64,000 nucleotides of DNA from the NCBI RefSeq assembly GCF_009914755.1, contig NC_060927.1, one strand, 5' to 3'. The notes beneath the pieces were generated by a model. The model saw only the letters and a program-made list of their open reading frames with translations. It was not told the origin of the DNA and did not search any database. Made by a program: the position numbers and the translations under genes. Positions within the stretch are counted from its first letter, which is position 1, and each line of letters starts with the position of its first letter. The stretch comes from the human T2T-CHM13v2.0 reference genome, Homo sapiens. Below, piece after piece: positions 19,484-41,088 of the stretch.

Positions 19484-21689
19484 CTACAAAATGTATCTGG
19501 GGAGAGGGGAAAATATCTGATTCAGAAGGGAAAATCCTGTAAACTAACTGGGTGGAGGCTGAGGGTGGGGGTGGAGGTAGTCTGGTCCAAATCCCAGTGC
19601 TGCAATTTGGAAAAGTTACCTAACTCTCTGTGCCTGATTTTCCTCATTATAACATCGGGTTCGTGGGAGGATTAGACAAATTAATACATGTAATGCACTT
19701 GAAACAGTGTCCTGTCCAGCCCAAGTGCCATGTAAGCATCAGCATTATTGTTCGGCCCCTAGTGCCCTGTCTGGAATGAAACCCAGGACAGGCCCTCAGG
19801 AAGGGCTTCCTGGATGGACAGATGGGGTGATAAAGTGAAGGGGTGGTCAGGCAAGGTCCCCAGTTCTCAACTGTTGATTAGCTGTCAGCTTTCTCAGTTT
19901 CCAGAGACCTTGAAAATATTTAAAAGAAAATAGTTCCCAAGAAATGAAACTGGCTCCAGAAAGCTGACAGCTCATCCTGTCCATGACACTTACCCACTTC
20001 CAGGGTCACCTGCAAACACCAACTTCCTAGCCTTACAGTATGTGATCTTCTTTGCCTGGAACCCGAGGGTGCATCCAGCTGCTGCTATTTTTGTCCCTGG
20101 CTTTGGGCTGAACTAATAATGTTATGAGAAATTTTAAGAATTTGTGTTGGGCTGCATTCAAAGCTGTCCTGGGCTGCATGCGGCCTGTTGGTTGGATAAG
20201 CTTGCTCTATAGTCACTTTACAGACAGGGAAACTGAGTCCCAGAAAGCCTCAGGTGGTGGAGTCTTTGTATAAGAAGCAGTAAGACCACTGTTAGGTAAG
20301 AGCAAGTAATTCTAGGAAGGCTTTCTACATCAAAGCCTGCATTCTCCCAACAAACATTTACTGAGTGTCTACTGTGTGTCCAGTGCTGGCTGGGCTATGC
20401 AGTGGGGGATGTTCAGATGAGCAAGCAATAATTCTGTCCTGGAATCACTAACCAGATCTGAGGTGGAGGGGCTGGGGAGCAAAAAGGAGCAAATAATTAC
20501 ACAGAATATTCACAAAGACAATGAGCAAAAGAGCACCGGAGTAGGAGTCAGAAAGTCCATGTGGCTGCTATCAACTGTGTTTCTGGGCAAGTGACGGGGT
20601 TTCTGAATCCTGGCAACCCTGTCTGCAAAATGGATGTGATAACTTCAGCCTGGCCTAACCCACAAAGCAGATGTCTGGAGAACCACTCTGTAATTCTAAC
20701 ATGTAGTAAATATGTAAGTGAAGATATTTTGATAAATGAATACATATATTGATTTCAAACAAATGCATTTGTAGCAAGGCAAGGGACTGGCAGTTGGGGA
20801 AAGGATTATACATAACCCCTTAGCTGAAGGGTGCCTTGGGCAGATGTACAAAAGAGGAGATAACACAGTCTGAGTGGCCAGCGGGGGCCAGGCTGGGGAC
20901 AGCACAGAAAGAGGAAGTGGAAGAGGTGAGAGGAGCATCATTTCCTTCCTTTTGTGCCGTCAATGGAGCATGTTAGGAAGATCTGAGGTTCTGGCATAAC
21001 AGCAAATAAAAGTGAGTAAATGTGGGCTCTAACCAGGCTTCTAAATTGGAGGGCAAGTTTGTAGCCTAGGAATTCAAAGTTTTAAGGCCCTAGAGAAGGA
21101 CTGGACTGACTCTCTCATGAGTTAAGCCAGAATGGGGTGAATTTTGCCCAAGGAAGACAGAGAAATAAAAGAAAAAGAAACAGTGAGACAGAGGATGAGG
21201 CAGGGCCAACCCAGGGCTCTCCCATCAAAAACCAGGCTGTCAAGAGCTGCCAGACTCAAGAAGGGGCAATCAGAGCATGAGCTTGGTGGTGCTGGAGGGA
21301 GGATGCCTGATGGAGAGCAGGGGTGGGGGTGGGGGATCTGGGGCTACCTGGCCAGGCTCAGCCCTTCCTGGAACTCTTTGCCTGTGGAATTAGGACTGAC
21401 TCCTCCGACTGCAACCTGCCCATTCCAGGAAAAAGCCCAGCCCTTGTTGGGAAGATGCCTCAGTGAGTTTCAGGGAAACGGGAAACCTAGTTGCTCACAC
21501 AAAGGCTCAGAGGTCTCCCAACCACCTGCCCTGCATACCAGGGAGTGTCTGACGTGCTATGGCTGGGGGGTGACACTGAGGGAGTGACTTAGCCGTGGGC
21601 CACATCTCATTAGGAAAAGCAGCTTAACAGGAAACAGATGGGTTGAAATATTTTAAAAGAGGATGAGACAATTTGAACAGCAAGATAAA

Positions 21690-23605
<1,916 letters not shown>

Positions 23606-26600
23606 AAGGGGGGAGGTGAGGGAGAATAAAAAAGGAGCCCAGGTCCTAGAACTTAGCTGTTCTGTGGGAGGGACCGAGGACCCTGTGGCTCTTGTTGGGC
23701 AGCTCCTTGGGTCTCTCTATTGGAAACTAGTGTTTGGCCTAGAGAAACTTGGAGGCCTCACTTGAAAGGTCCCCTGCTTCCTTCTGCCTGAGTAAAAACC
23801 CATCATAGTCTTAATGTCCATTCTTGGTAGCCTGTGGACCCCAGAGAAAGGCAAATGTCTAAGTCCATATCCATCTTCTTGGGACATTCCGTTCTCTGAC
23901 GCCTGTCTGAGGGACTATCTGTACCCCCAATAAACTTGCAAAAACCGAGGCCCAGAGAGGTGAAGCCACCATCTCTAGGTCACACAGCCAGTAAATGCAG
24001 AGCCAGGTCCAAGCCCAGCTGTGTGTGACTCCAATGCCATGCCTTTAACCACCTGACATTACTACTCTATTATTGCTCAGTCCAGGTGGAGACAACAGGC
24101 ATTCACCAAGCACTTGCTGTGTGTCAAGGGGGCAGTGGGACTGGAGGTGAGGGTGGCTGAGGTACTGATCCTGGACCACAGGTGCTGTCCTGGGAAGGCA
24201 GACCCTCATACTGCTAAGCATATGTCAGGTAATGCATCATATATCCACAGTCATTCATTCATTCAGTCTCTGCTCTTGCCTGTCCCTGGGCTCTGGGTGG
24301 TGGGTCAGATATGGTCCTTCCCCTGAGAGCTCCTGACCCAGCAGGGGAACAGATAGTTAAATAGGCAGCTAATCATACAGAGATGCCATGAAGGGGAGTC
24401 GGGGAGAAGGGAAAGAAAGAGGGAAGATGATTTGGAAAGTCTGGGAGATGAAACTATTGGTGACACAGTGGGTGTAGCAGACACAGCCCTGCTCAGTGGG
24501 AGTTATGGCCAGAAAAAGAGATTGGGTGGAGTTTAGAATTGGGGCAGAATGGGACTGAGATCTTGCTGAGAAGGTATCCAGGATGAAGAAGCTGAAGGTG
24601 ATGTTGGGAAGGCCCTTCAGGTAGACACAGGGTAAACAAAGGCCTGGACCTCTGGGATGGGCTGTTAGTGTACTTGACCCAGCTACTAGGGAATCATTCC
24701 AGAGAGGGGATACATGCTTTCCAAACACTATCTTTGGGGGATGCTCTTTTATGGGGTGGGAGTCATCTGAGCTTGACTCTTATCAATGAGAGAAATAGCT
24801 CATGGCTATGCAGCTGAGATGAGGGCTGGGGCAAGGGCAAAGGGATTTTTTTTATTCCAGTTGAAAGCAGGATATACATAGGCTGCTGTCCAGAGAGGGG
24901 ATGAGCGCATGGAAAGGAATTACACTCTGTCTGCACTTCCCTGAGGAAGAGGCACCTGGCGCTGCCGCTCTCCTCCCAGGCTTGTGGTGGACATTCTCAA
25001 GCAAGTCATTCTGGCTCCGGTAGGTTATAGCCATACTCGGGGTGTGGGGTGGGGGTGAGACTTCCCAGGGGACACAGGGAGAGACTGAACCCAGTGGCTT
25101 GGGGAGTGGGCACAGGTGCTGGGAAGAGGGAGGTGCTAAGTCAGTGCAGAGCTTTCTCTCCAGGGCAGCTGTTGGAGCAATTGCTTCCAGCACCTGGAGA
25201 GTGATGGGTCTTCTGACCTCTTTCCCTTCCTTGACTCTGGCTCTGAGAATCTGCTTTGCAGATTCTGAAAACCCCTGAGAGTTGGTTCTCCAACCTGGCT
25301 GGGGGAGCTCAGGCATTCCTTTCCATCTCTGGGCCTCAGTGTTCCCGGCTGTAAGATAATGGGGCAGATGAGATGGTCTTTAAGGGCCTCTCTCCCAGGG
25401 CCAAAGTTTCACAGCTCTGTGGTCTCTTCTTTTGCACATGTCCACCCTCTCCCCATCCTGCTCCTTTCCCAAATTCTTGGCCCCCTTCCTTCTGCCCAAA
25501 ACAGTTCCAGATTCAAATAGTCCCTGGATCTCCTCCCATGCATCCCAGCCTGAATCAAATGTCATTTAATCAGCGAGTTTATTCATTTTAGGGGCTGGAA
25601 GAGAACCAATAGTATATGCCAGGCCCTTAGTTTACCATAATAACCCTGCAAGGGAGGCAGATTATAGGTGAGAAAGCTAAGTATCAGAGAGGTTAAATAA
25701 TGAGCTCGGAGTTGCACAGCCATTAAGAAGTGAGTTAAGCTATATTCTGTCTGTTCTACCCTGCCTATTCTGTCTATTCTACCATGCTGAGTGTCCTGCC
25801 TTTCCTGGGGATAGTGGGGTTTCATTTTCATGCTGAAATACACACGCAAGGAGTTCTCATGGGAACATTACAGGCAACAAGTACAGAGGCAAAAAACAAA
25901 ACATCAAAAAACATTCTGGGAAAGACATGAAAGTCTCACCTTCTGCAGCAGCAGCTCCTTGAAGGGTCGGGCTCTGAAAGTGCTTACTTTTTGTTAGCTG
26001 AAATAAGTTTTGGGAGGAGGGTTACTCTTGTGATTTTATATATGTCACAAACATCTCTATCTCCTGACCAGGCCAGGAAACATTGAGTGATGTGGGGTCC
26101 CAGGGAGCGTGGGGAGCAGGCAGGCCTCACATATCTCAGGAGAAGCAGACAGCTATGTCTAGCTGGAAGCTGCAAGGGGACTCCTGCCCTGCTGAGGAAT
26201 GGACAAGGCCACTCCCTTCCAGCCAGACTTTGTGTAATCTGGTGTACCAGACGTGGCTCTGGGCATGAAAACAGACAAACAGGATACACTAAGATGTTCC
26301 TGTGGGTTATTTTTGCAGTGGTAGCATCTCAGGGGACTTTTGTTTTTGTTTTTTGGCCTCTTTTCTATTTTTCCACTGTATTTCCACATTTTACATTGAA
26401 TATATATTATTATGGCAATCAGGAAAAAATAACATGTTAAAAAAGTAAGGAGAGAGAGTGTGCCGTGATCTGGAATCAGAGGCCAGCTGATTCCTCTGGC
26501 CAGCTGTGCCTGGCTTACAGTGTGGCCCTGGATTTCCTGGGAAACTAGAGAGGCGATACCTGTTCACCCCTTCACGAGGGAGCCAGGAAGACACAGCAAT

Positions 26601-27004
26601 GACTGGGATAAAAAAAGGTATCTGGAAACACAAAGCCCTGTGTAAGTGTCAGGGCTGGTTTCTATTATCTTCATTGTGTTTTATAAATCACAATCTGAAT
26701 ATGCTTCCCATGCAGACCATCCAGAAGGCAGCTGTTCATCCTGCAAGCCCGAGGAAGGGGTGCACACAGGCTGAACTCCCAGTGTGTGATTTGGGGCTCC
26801 AGCTCTGGAGCCAGCTGCAGGAACTTGGTTTCCAGTTCTGCCATATACTTGCTGTGTGTCCTTGGGCACTTTACTCCCCTTCTCTGAGTCTCAGTTCCTC
26901 ATCTGTAAAATGGGGCCCATTTTATAAGGTTATTGTGAGAAGTCAGTGCATTATTACATATAAAGCTCAGGGAAGGGGATCTACAACCTAGTTGTTATTA
27001 TTGT

Positions 27005-27130
27005 TATTTTTTTGAGACAGGGTCTCGCTATGTTGCCCATGCTGGTCTCAAACTCCTAAGCTCAAGGAATCTACCAATCTCAGCCTCCCAAGTAGCTGGG
27101 ACTATAGGTGCATGCCACTGCACCTGGCTG
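27005..27130 (-). mobile_element. Alu monomer
   Basis: Single Alu arm. Confidence 0.8.
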
Positions 27131-28416
27131 TGCTTACTATTTTCTTTGAGTGGTATTGTAACCTAGCATTTAAGAGCATGGACACCCATTTCAAATCCTG
27201 GCTCTACTACTCAATTGCTCTGTGATCTTGGACCAGTTCTCTAACTTCCCTGTGTTTTAGCATCCTCAGCTCTAAAACAGGGCTAATAATAGTATTTACT
27301 TCTATCAGGTAAATGTGAGGATTAAATAAATTAATATATTTAAAGCCCTTACCCTAGATTGTATTTTAAAGGAGGATATGATTTCCACATTCAAAGGAAG
27401 CCAGCAAAAGTATTTTCCACTAGAAGTGATCTCAAACGGTGTCCTTGGCTTCATATTTCAAAGGCTGGTGTGGCCTCTGGAGATCACATTCAGTCTTGTT
27501 TATTTGATCAGTTTGCATGTTGAATCAGCTGCACTGTGAACAGTACACTCAGGATGGGTGTGCTTTCAGCCCCTGAGGGACCTACACATGACCCTGTCCA
27601 TAGGCTTCTTGGCTGTAGGTAGGGCGGCCGTGAAATTGATGTCTAAGATGGAAGAGGGGAGATGGTGGGAGACACAAAAGAGGGTTCGCTGAGTCAAGCA
27701 GGGTTTGGTCAAGCTCTGTGGGGGCCTGATCAGGGGAATGCTGGTGAAGGTTTGACAAGAAGCTCTGGGCTGGGGGCACAGGGGAGGTAGGATGGCAGAG
27801 GAGAGGAAAGCCTTGATTTATAGCATTTGCCATGGTGTAAATATTCCCAGTTTCAGGTTACCAACTTAACATCACTGAACGCAGAGTTGGTTAATTCCAT
27901 GATCATTTGTTTAATGCCTCCCAGATGCCATATGACTGGCTCTCAGCACACCACTGGCTTTGAACCTTCCTGCCACTAGTTGCCGAGGCCAGAAGTCCCA
28001 CTGTCGGAACCTCAACCTTCGAATTTAAGTTTGATCCATTTTGAAAGGGAGTGTGGGGGGGAAGGGGTCGTCACTTCCACCTCACGTTGTGAGGGCCATC
28101 CAATCCCCGGCCCCCCATTTGCTAATCTGAGGCTGTGGACAATTGGGCTTCACCTATCCACACCTGTTTCTTTATCTGGAAAGTGGGGATTATAATCACT
28201 TTGCTTCCCAGGACTATGGTGAAGATAGGATGAGAAAATTACATGTTAGTGTTCAACTCATAGAAGGAGCCCAACTAACATGCTGCATCCTCATCACAAT
28301 ATCTTTCCTCTTGTTGCCTCAACTGCGACTTTCCTGAGAGACCTAAGGGAGGTGAGCCCTGGATATCTCCCAGTGAGGGTAAGATCCTGGGCAACCAGCA
28401 AAGACTGAATCATACC

Positions 28417-28761
<345 letters not shown>

Positions 28762-28987
28762 TAGGTAGAGCAGAACAGAGGCTAAGGATGAGGTGGGACC
28801 AGGGACAAGGTACCATGTGCCTGGAGTCTGAAGACTTGGATTTCAGATGCAACTTGACTAGTGACCCTGGTAAAGTTGCTTTGCTCCTGGGTTAAATGGG
28901 ACTGATGGTTCCTTCCCAATTTGCCTTATAAGGCTGCTGCAGTGCATATGAAGGTGTCTGGCCAGCTGTAACATGCATATGGGAGTG

Positions 28988-29340
28988 CTGACTGCTGCTG
29001 TCATTGTTGGCATTATTGATGAAAGTGATAGGAGGGAATGGTTGCTCCAGAGGTGAGGGAGACCTGGAAAGATTCCCAGAGTGAAAGATCAGGGGTAAAG
29101 GCCTGATTGCTGTTGCCACTGTTGTTGGCATTATTGATGAAAGTGATAGGAGGATGGTTGCTCCATAGGTGAGGATGACCTGGAAAGATTCCCAGAGTGA
29201 GAGATCAGGAGGGCAAAGGCCTGATGGCTGTGGTCATTCTTGTTGGCTTTACTGATGAAAGTGATAGGAGGATGGTTGCTCCAGAAGTGAGGATGACCAG
29301 AAAAGATTCCCAGAGTGAAAGATCAGGAGGCTAAAGACCT
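28988..29340. repeat. Tandem repeat, ~3 copies of a 118-bp unit
   Basis: tgttggc recurs at 29005, 29123 and 29241. Copies share tgatgaaagtgataggag and aaagattcccagagtga. Confidence 0.92.
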
Positions 29341-31407
29341 CGAGTGGGAAGGGAATAGAGTGTTCCATGTAGAGAGAGAACAAAGGTGGCCTGGACTAGC
29401 AGGTTCTGCTGACTCTGACCTCTGGCTTTGATTGAAACATTCATCAGACTTGGTTGTTTGCTGAAACAAAAGTCAGGGGACTTCGAGAAATCAAGTCAAG
29501 ATCAAGGTCCATGTCAGCAGCTCAGAAGAGCTGGTGTTTAATCAATGTCAACTCCTGAGTAATAAGCCCTGATAAGACCCGAGTATACTCCTCACATCCT
29601 CCTTCTGCAGCAGCTCACAGGCTCCCAGCACCAGCCATGTGCTAGGAGTGTCCTTACTGCTGCCCAGAAAAGGGAGGAGTTGAAGGCCAGGAGGCCCCTG
29701 GTGCAGAGGAGAGGACAGGAAGACCAGCAGAAAAAGGCACTGGGTAAAGTTCCTAAGGTTGATCAGGAACAGAGTTGGGCCTTAGATAAAGCCACTCAGG
29801 CTGAGCTCCTGGGGTGGGGGCAGGTCATGTGTGGTTTCCACAGCATCTGGTCCAGATGCCATCGGATAGGAGCCCAAGGGTGGGGCAGAAGCTCACAGAG
29901 TGGGAGGACTCCAGGGCTCCCTCAGGAGAGGTTCTGTTTCAGCAGCACTGAATAGTTCCATCAGCCATGAGATCATGGTATCATAGATACTTTGGGTCAA
30001 CTGAGGACCCGAGTCAACATTTCTTTCGAAGTCTGCCTGAAAAAAGGGGATAAAACTTTTATCAGAAAGGGCTAAGGAAAATGTTTGCAATACATATGAA
30101 AAAAGCTAACATCCTCACTATTATAAGACCTCATAAAATGAGCATCCCACCCATTAAAAGAATAAATAATTTACAGAAGAAATACAAGGGGGTATTGAAC
30201 ATATTAAAAAGTTCAAGCTCATGCAAGTAAAATATTAAAAAGTAAAATTCAGAAGTACGGGGTAGAGCTGATTTGCATTTCTCAGTTTGTGGCCCGTGAC
30301 CATCAGCAGTCTACAGGCCTCTCTTCAGTGGCTCTTCACGATTGCCTGCTTGGACCACAAATTCCTTTTTATCTCCTTCCTCTCTCCTCCTCAAGCCCCC
30401 TTCCCCATTGGTGAATGCTCTTTGTTCAATATGAAGTCTCTCTCTCTCCCTGTCTTTCTCCTGGAACACACTACAGGTTTGAGCCTAATTCTTAGTTCAT
30501 GACATACTTGTATCACTGGTTTATGTGAAGCTCTCATCAAAAAATTATTTTAAATAATGCAATAAAATCCTGGGATGTCACTGCCTTAGAGGACACTTAA
30601 CCGTGGACAGTGACTTGTCCCATCTCCATGGTCCACCCCAATCCCATGCTGCTGGCTTCTGCCCAGGCACCTGCCGTCTTGAATTTGGTGCCTCTCATTC
30701 CTATGCCTTCCTGTCATCTATTTGTACTCCTTCAAAGTATATATGTTTTGTTTCATTTGTCTTAATTTTATTAAAAGAGTATCTTGTACATATTTTTATG
30801 GGACTTAGAGATAAGTGGGCTGATTCAAGAGGAGAGACTCACAGGGTGGTGGTGGTGAGGGTGATGGGGAAAGAATCTGCAAGGTATCCCATATTTCAGT
30901 CTTAGGTGACTGAGTAGTTGGTGGAGTCATTCAGTTAGATAGGCCTAGGAAAGAAGAAAGGGGCTGGTGGGGAGATGATGAACTCAGTTCTGGGCAAAGC
31001 AATAATTTAGGCTCGCATTTATTGAATGTCTGCTGTGTTCCAGTCAGTTTTGTAGAACTTAAAGTGCTCTGCATGTATTATTACATTTAAGCATAACAAG
31101 AACCTCACAAGACAGGCACTGTTATTATTTTCATTTTAAAGATAAGGAAACTAAGAGGGAGAAAAGTTTAGTAGGTTCTGAGCCCATCAACATGATGGAT
31201 CACACCTTTCTGCTGCGAACAGAAATATTGGATAAAATGTTTAAAATATTAAATATTTGTCATTAAAAATATTGATATGAAACTATTTACAAATAAAATA
31301 TTTAAAAATTCTCAAAAAGCAAGGGAAATCCTCAGGTGACAGGAGTAAAGAAAACCCAAAGCCAGGGTGGATGCATTGGACATTTATGGATAAAACAAGC
31401 CCCACTG

Positions 31408-37599
<6,192 letters not shown>

Positions 37600-38020
37600 A
37601 AGCCCCACTGAAGCTAAGCTGTCATTAAAGAAATTATAAACCATACATGAGGAAGGGTCAGGAGACACATTAAATAGATGAATTGATATCCCTAAAGAAT
37701 AAAGAAGAATTTGAAAGACACTATAGGTCTTTTTAAATGAAGAAACAAAACCATAATGAAATAATTAAATACTCTGAGAACACCTGAAGGTTAGTCACTT
37801 ATCCAAGAGTAAGTGTCCCAGAGTAAGTGGGATTCAGTTATAAGACAAAGGTGAGGGGATATCTTGGTGACATAACTATTAAGTGGTGCAGATGGCTCCC
37901 TAAGCTTTTGCTCTTACTTGCTGGACTGCAGGTACTGATGTAGATTTGAAGAGTCTATTGGACATCCCAGGGCAGCAGCAAAAGTGGGTTTAGAGAAAGG
38001 TAGAGAATGCTAGGTCTCAC

Positions 38021-38038
38021 CATATTTTCCCCCCGCAG
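38021..38038 (+). other. ACKR2: Splice acceptor of the ACKR2 coding exon (exon starts 38039, 37 nt before ATG)
   Basis: Pyrimidine tract and AG in catattttccccccgcag. A second possible AG (ctacag) ends at 38046. Confidence 0.85.
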
Positions 38039-38075
38039 CACTACAGGACGTCGGGACTGGGCATTTCCTTCCAAC

Positions 38076-39230
38076 ATGGCCGCCACTGCCTCTCCGCAGC
38101 CACTCGCCACTGAGGATGCCGATTCTGAGAATAGCAGCTTCTATTACTATGACTACCTGGATGAAGTGGCCTTCATGCTCTGCAGGAAGGATGCAGTGGT
38201 GTCCTTTGGCAAAGTCTTCCTCCCAGTCTTCTATAGCCTGATTTTTGTGTTGGGCCTCAGCGGGAACCTCCTTCTTCTCATGGTCTTGCTCCGTTACGTG
38301 CCTCGCAGGCGGATGGTTGAGATCTATCTGCTGAATCTGGCCATCTCCAACCTTCTGTTTCTGGTGACACTGCCCTTCTGGGGCATCTCCGTGGCCTGGC
38401 ATTGGGTCTTCGGGAGTTTCTTGTGCAAGATGGTGAGCACTCTTTATACTATTAACTTTTACAGTGGCATCTTTTTCATTAGCTGCATGAGCCTGGACAA
38501 GTACCTGGAGATCGTTCATGCTCAGCCCTACCACAGGCTGAGGACCCGGGCCAAGAGCCTGCTCCTTGCTACCATAGTATGGGCTGTGTCCCTGGCCGTC
38601 TCCATCCCTGATATGGTCTTTGTACAGACACATGAAAATCCCAAGGGTGTGTGGAACTGCCACGCAGATTTCGGCGGGCATGGGACCATTTGGAAGCTCT
38701 TCCTCCGCTTCCAGCAGAACCTCCTAGGGTTTCTCCTTCCACTCCTTGCCATGATCTTCTTCTACTCCCGTATTGGTTGTGTCTTGGTGAGGCTGAGGCC
38801 CGCAGGCCAGGGCCGGGCTTTAAAAATAGCTGCAGCCTTGGTGGTGGCCTTCTTCGTGCTATGGTTCCCATACAATCTCACCTTGTTTCTGCATACGCTG
38901 TTGGACCTGCAAGTATTCGGGAACTGTGAGGTCAGCCAGCATCTAGACTACGCACTCCAGGTAACAGAGAGCATCGCCTTCCTTCACTGCTGCTTTTCCC
39001 CCATCCTGTATGCCTTCTCCAGTCACCGCTTCCGCCAGTACCTGAAGGCTTTCCTGGCTGCCGTGCTTGGATGGCACCTGGCACCTGGCACTGCCCAGGC
39101 CTCATTATCCAGCTGTTCTGAGAGCAGCATACTTACTGCCCAAGAGGAAATGACTGGCATGAATGACCTTGGAGAGAGGCAGTCTGAGAACTACCCTAAC
39201 AAGGAGGATGTGGGGAATAAATCAGCCTGA
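38076..39230 (+). CDS. ACKR2: Atypical chemokine receptor 2 (D6/CCBP2), 384 aa, whole CDS in one exon
   Basis: Starts [10 protein letters not shown] at ccaacATGG (good Kozak). Seven hydrophobic TM segments, acidic/Tyr-rich N-terminus, DKYLEIV in place of DRYLAIV, LAISN in place of LAxxD, Ser-rich tail. The ORF-track ATG at 38007 lies upstream of the splice acceptor. Confidence 0.99.
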
Positions 39231-39444
39231 GTGACCAAATTTTGGTCTGGTGGGAACAGATGGGAACCAGCTCAATTGGGTGTCCACTCAAAGTGCTCTC
39301 TCCAGGGGCCTCAGTGACTGTGTTGCTAAACCCAGTGGTCAGTTCTCAGTTCTCAGCCATCAGCAGCATTTGCTCGCCCCGCCTTCTTCCTCCACTTTCT
39401 TCACTTGCTTCCAGGATACCACGCTTTCTTTTCTGAATTGCTAC

Positions 39445-40105
<661 letters not shown>

Positions 40106-40240
40106 GAATTGCTGTAATAGTTTTCCAACTGGCCCCTGTCCTTCCTCTCTCTTGCTCTCCTCCCATCTCATCTGCACCTAGCAGCCAGAGTGATCCTGAT
40201 ACTCTCGGCCTTTACTTCCGCCTCCCTCAGAGCAGCAGCC

Positions 40241-41088
40241 TGTCAAAACACCAGATTACAACAAATTTAGTTTAAAGGTCTCAATTAGCGTTATTGGCAA
40301 TTCTAGAATCAGGCAACAGACTCATTGAATCAGGAACAGATTCACTCCATAAAATACAGAGAGTGCTGCAATGAGCTGGGTAGAAGAGGTTAGTTTTATA
40401 GACAGGAAGGGGCTGTCAAAGGCAGAAAGAAATGAAGAACAAAAAAAAAGATTGATTTTTTTTTTTTTGAGACAGGATCTCACTCTGTCATCCAGGCTGA
40501 AGTCCAATCCCACAATCATGGCTCACTGCAGCCACCACCTCCTGAGCTCAAGTGATCCTCCCATCTAAGCCCCCAAGTAGCTAGGACTACAGGAGCACAC
40601 CACCACACCTGGCTAATTTTTGTATTTTTTGTGGAGACAGGGTCTCAGTATGTTACCCAGGTTGGACTGGAAACCCTTGGCTCAAGCAATTTGCCTGCCT
40701 CAGCCTCCCAAAGTGCTGGGATTACAGGCGTGAGCCACTGCACAGGGCCAGATTCATCATTTCAAAGTTACTTTCTATATGCGGCCGGAACAGGGTGGTT
40801 GACATCAGTTTTCTTCAGGTTACTTTTTAATAATGATTAAAACGGGGAACTTCATTATCATGAGCATGGTTACTGTCTGCATTATTACGCCAACTGAAAC
40901 TGTCATGTTTGGGAATTTGGCTGTTAACTCTGTCTCCAGGAGTCTCAAAGGTCAGATAACAACTTAGTTTTGGTTTGAGGACATGGAACTTTAATACGAC
41001 AGATTCCATTTTGGTTTGGTCTGGTCAGCTGGGACCTAGTGCAGGAGGTTAGTCCAAAACAATGGCCTTCCATAGTTTTTACTTAACA
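40241..41088 (-). mobile_element. ERV1 solo LTR (MER31/MER67 family) with internal Alu (40455-40750)
   Basis: TG...CA ends with 4-bp TSD agcc at 40237-40240 and 41089-41092. The - strand starts tgttaagtaaaaactatggaaggccattgttttggactaa. Confidence 0.85.
40836..40841 (+). terminator. ACKR2: Probable ACKR2 polyadenylation signal (ATTAAA), cleavage ~40860
   Basis: ATTAAA ~1.6 kb after the stop with an upstream U-rich stretch. Gives a transcript size consistent with the ~3 kb mRNA I recall. Confidence 0.65.

Noticed and set aside
28988-29340. Possible CRISPR-like array
   Set aside because: Whole units are duplicated with no unique spacers, there are no cas genes, and the context is mammalian.
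38007-38075. 23-aa N-terminal extension of ACKR2 in the ORF track
   Set aside because: The ATG is upstream of the acceptor at 38038 and the extension runs through the pyrimidine tract. It would need intron retention, for which I see no support.
38010-38681. 223-aa antisense ORF over ACKR2, and similar ORFs antisense to CYP8B1
   Set aside because: Shadow ORFs of GC-rich coding sequence with no recognisable domain.
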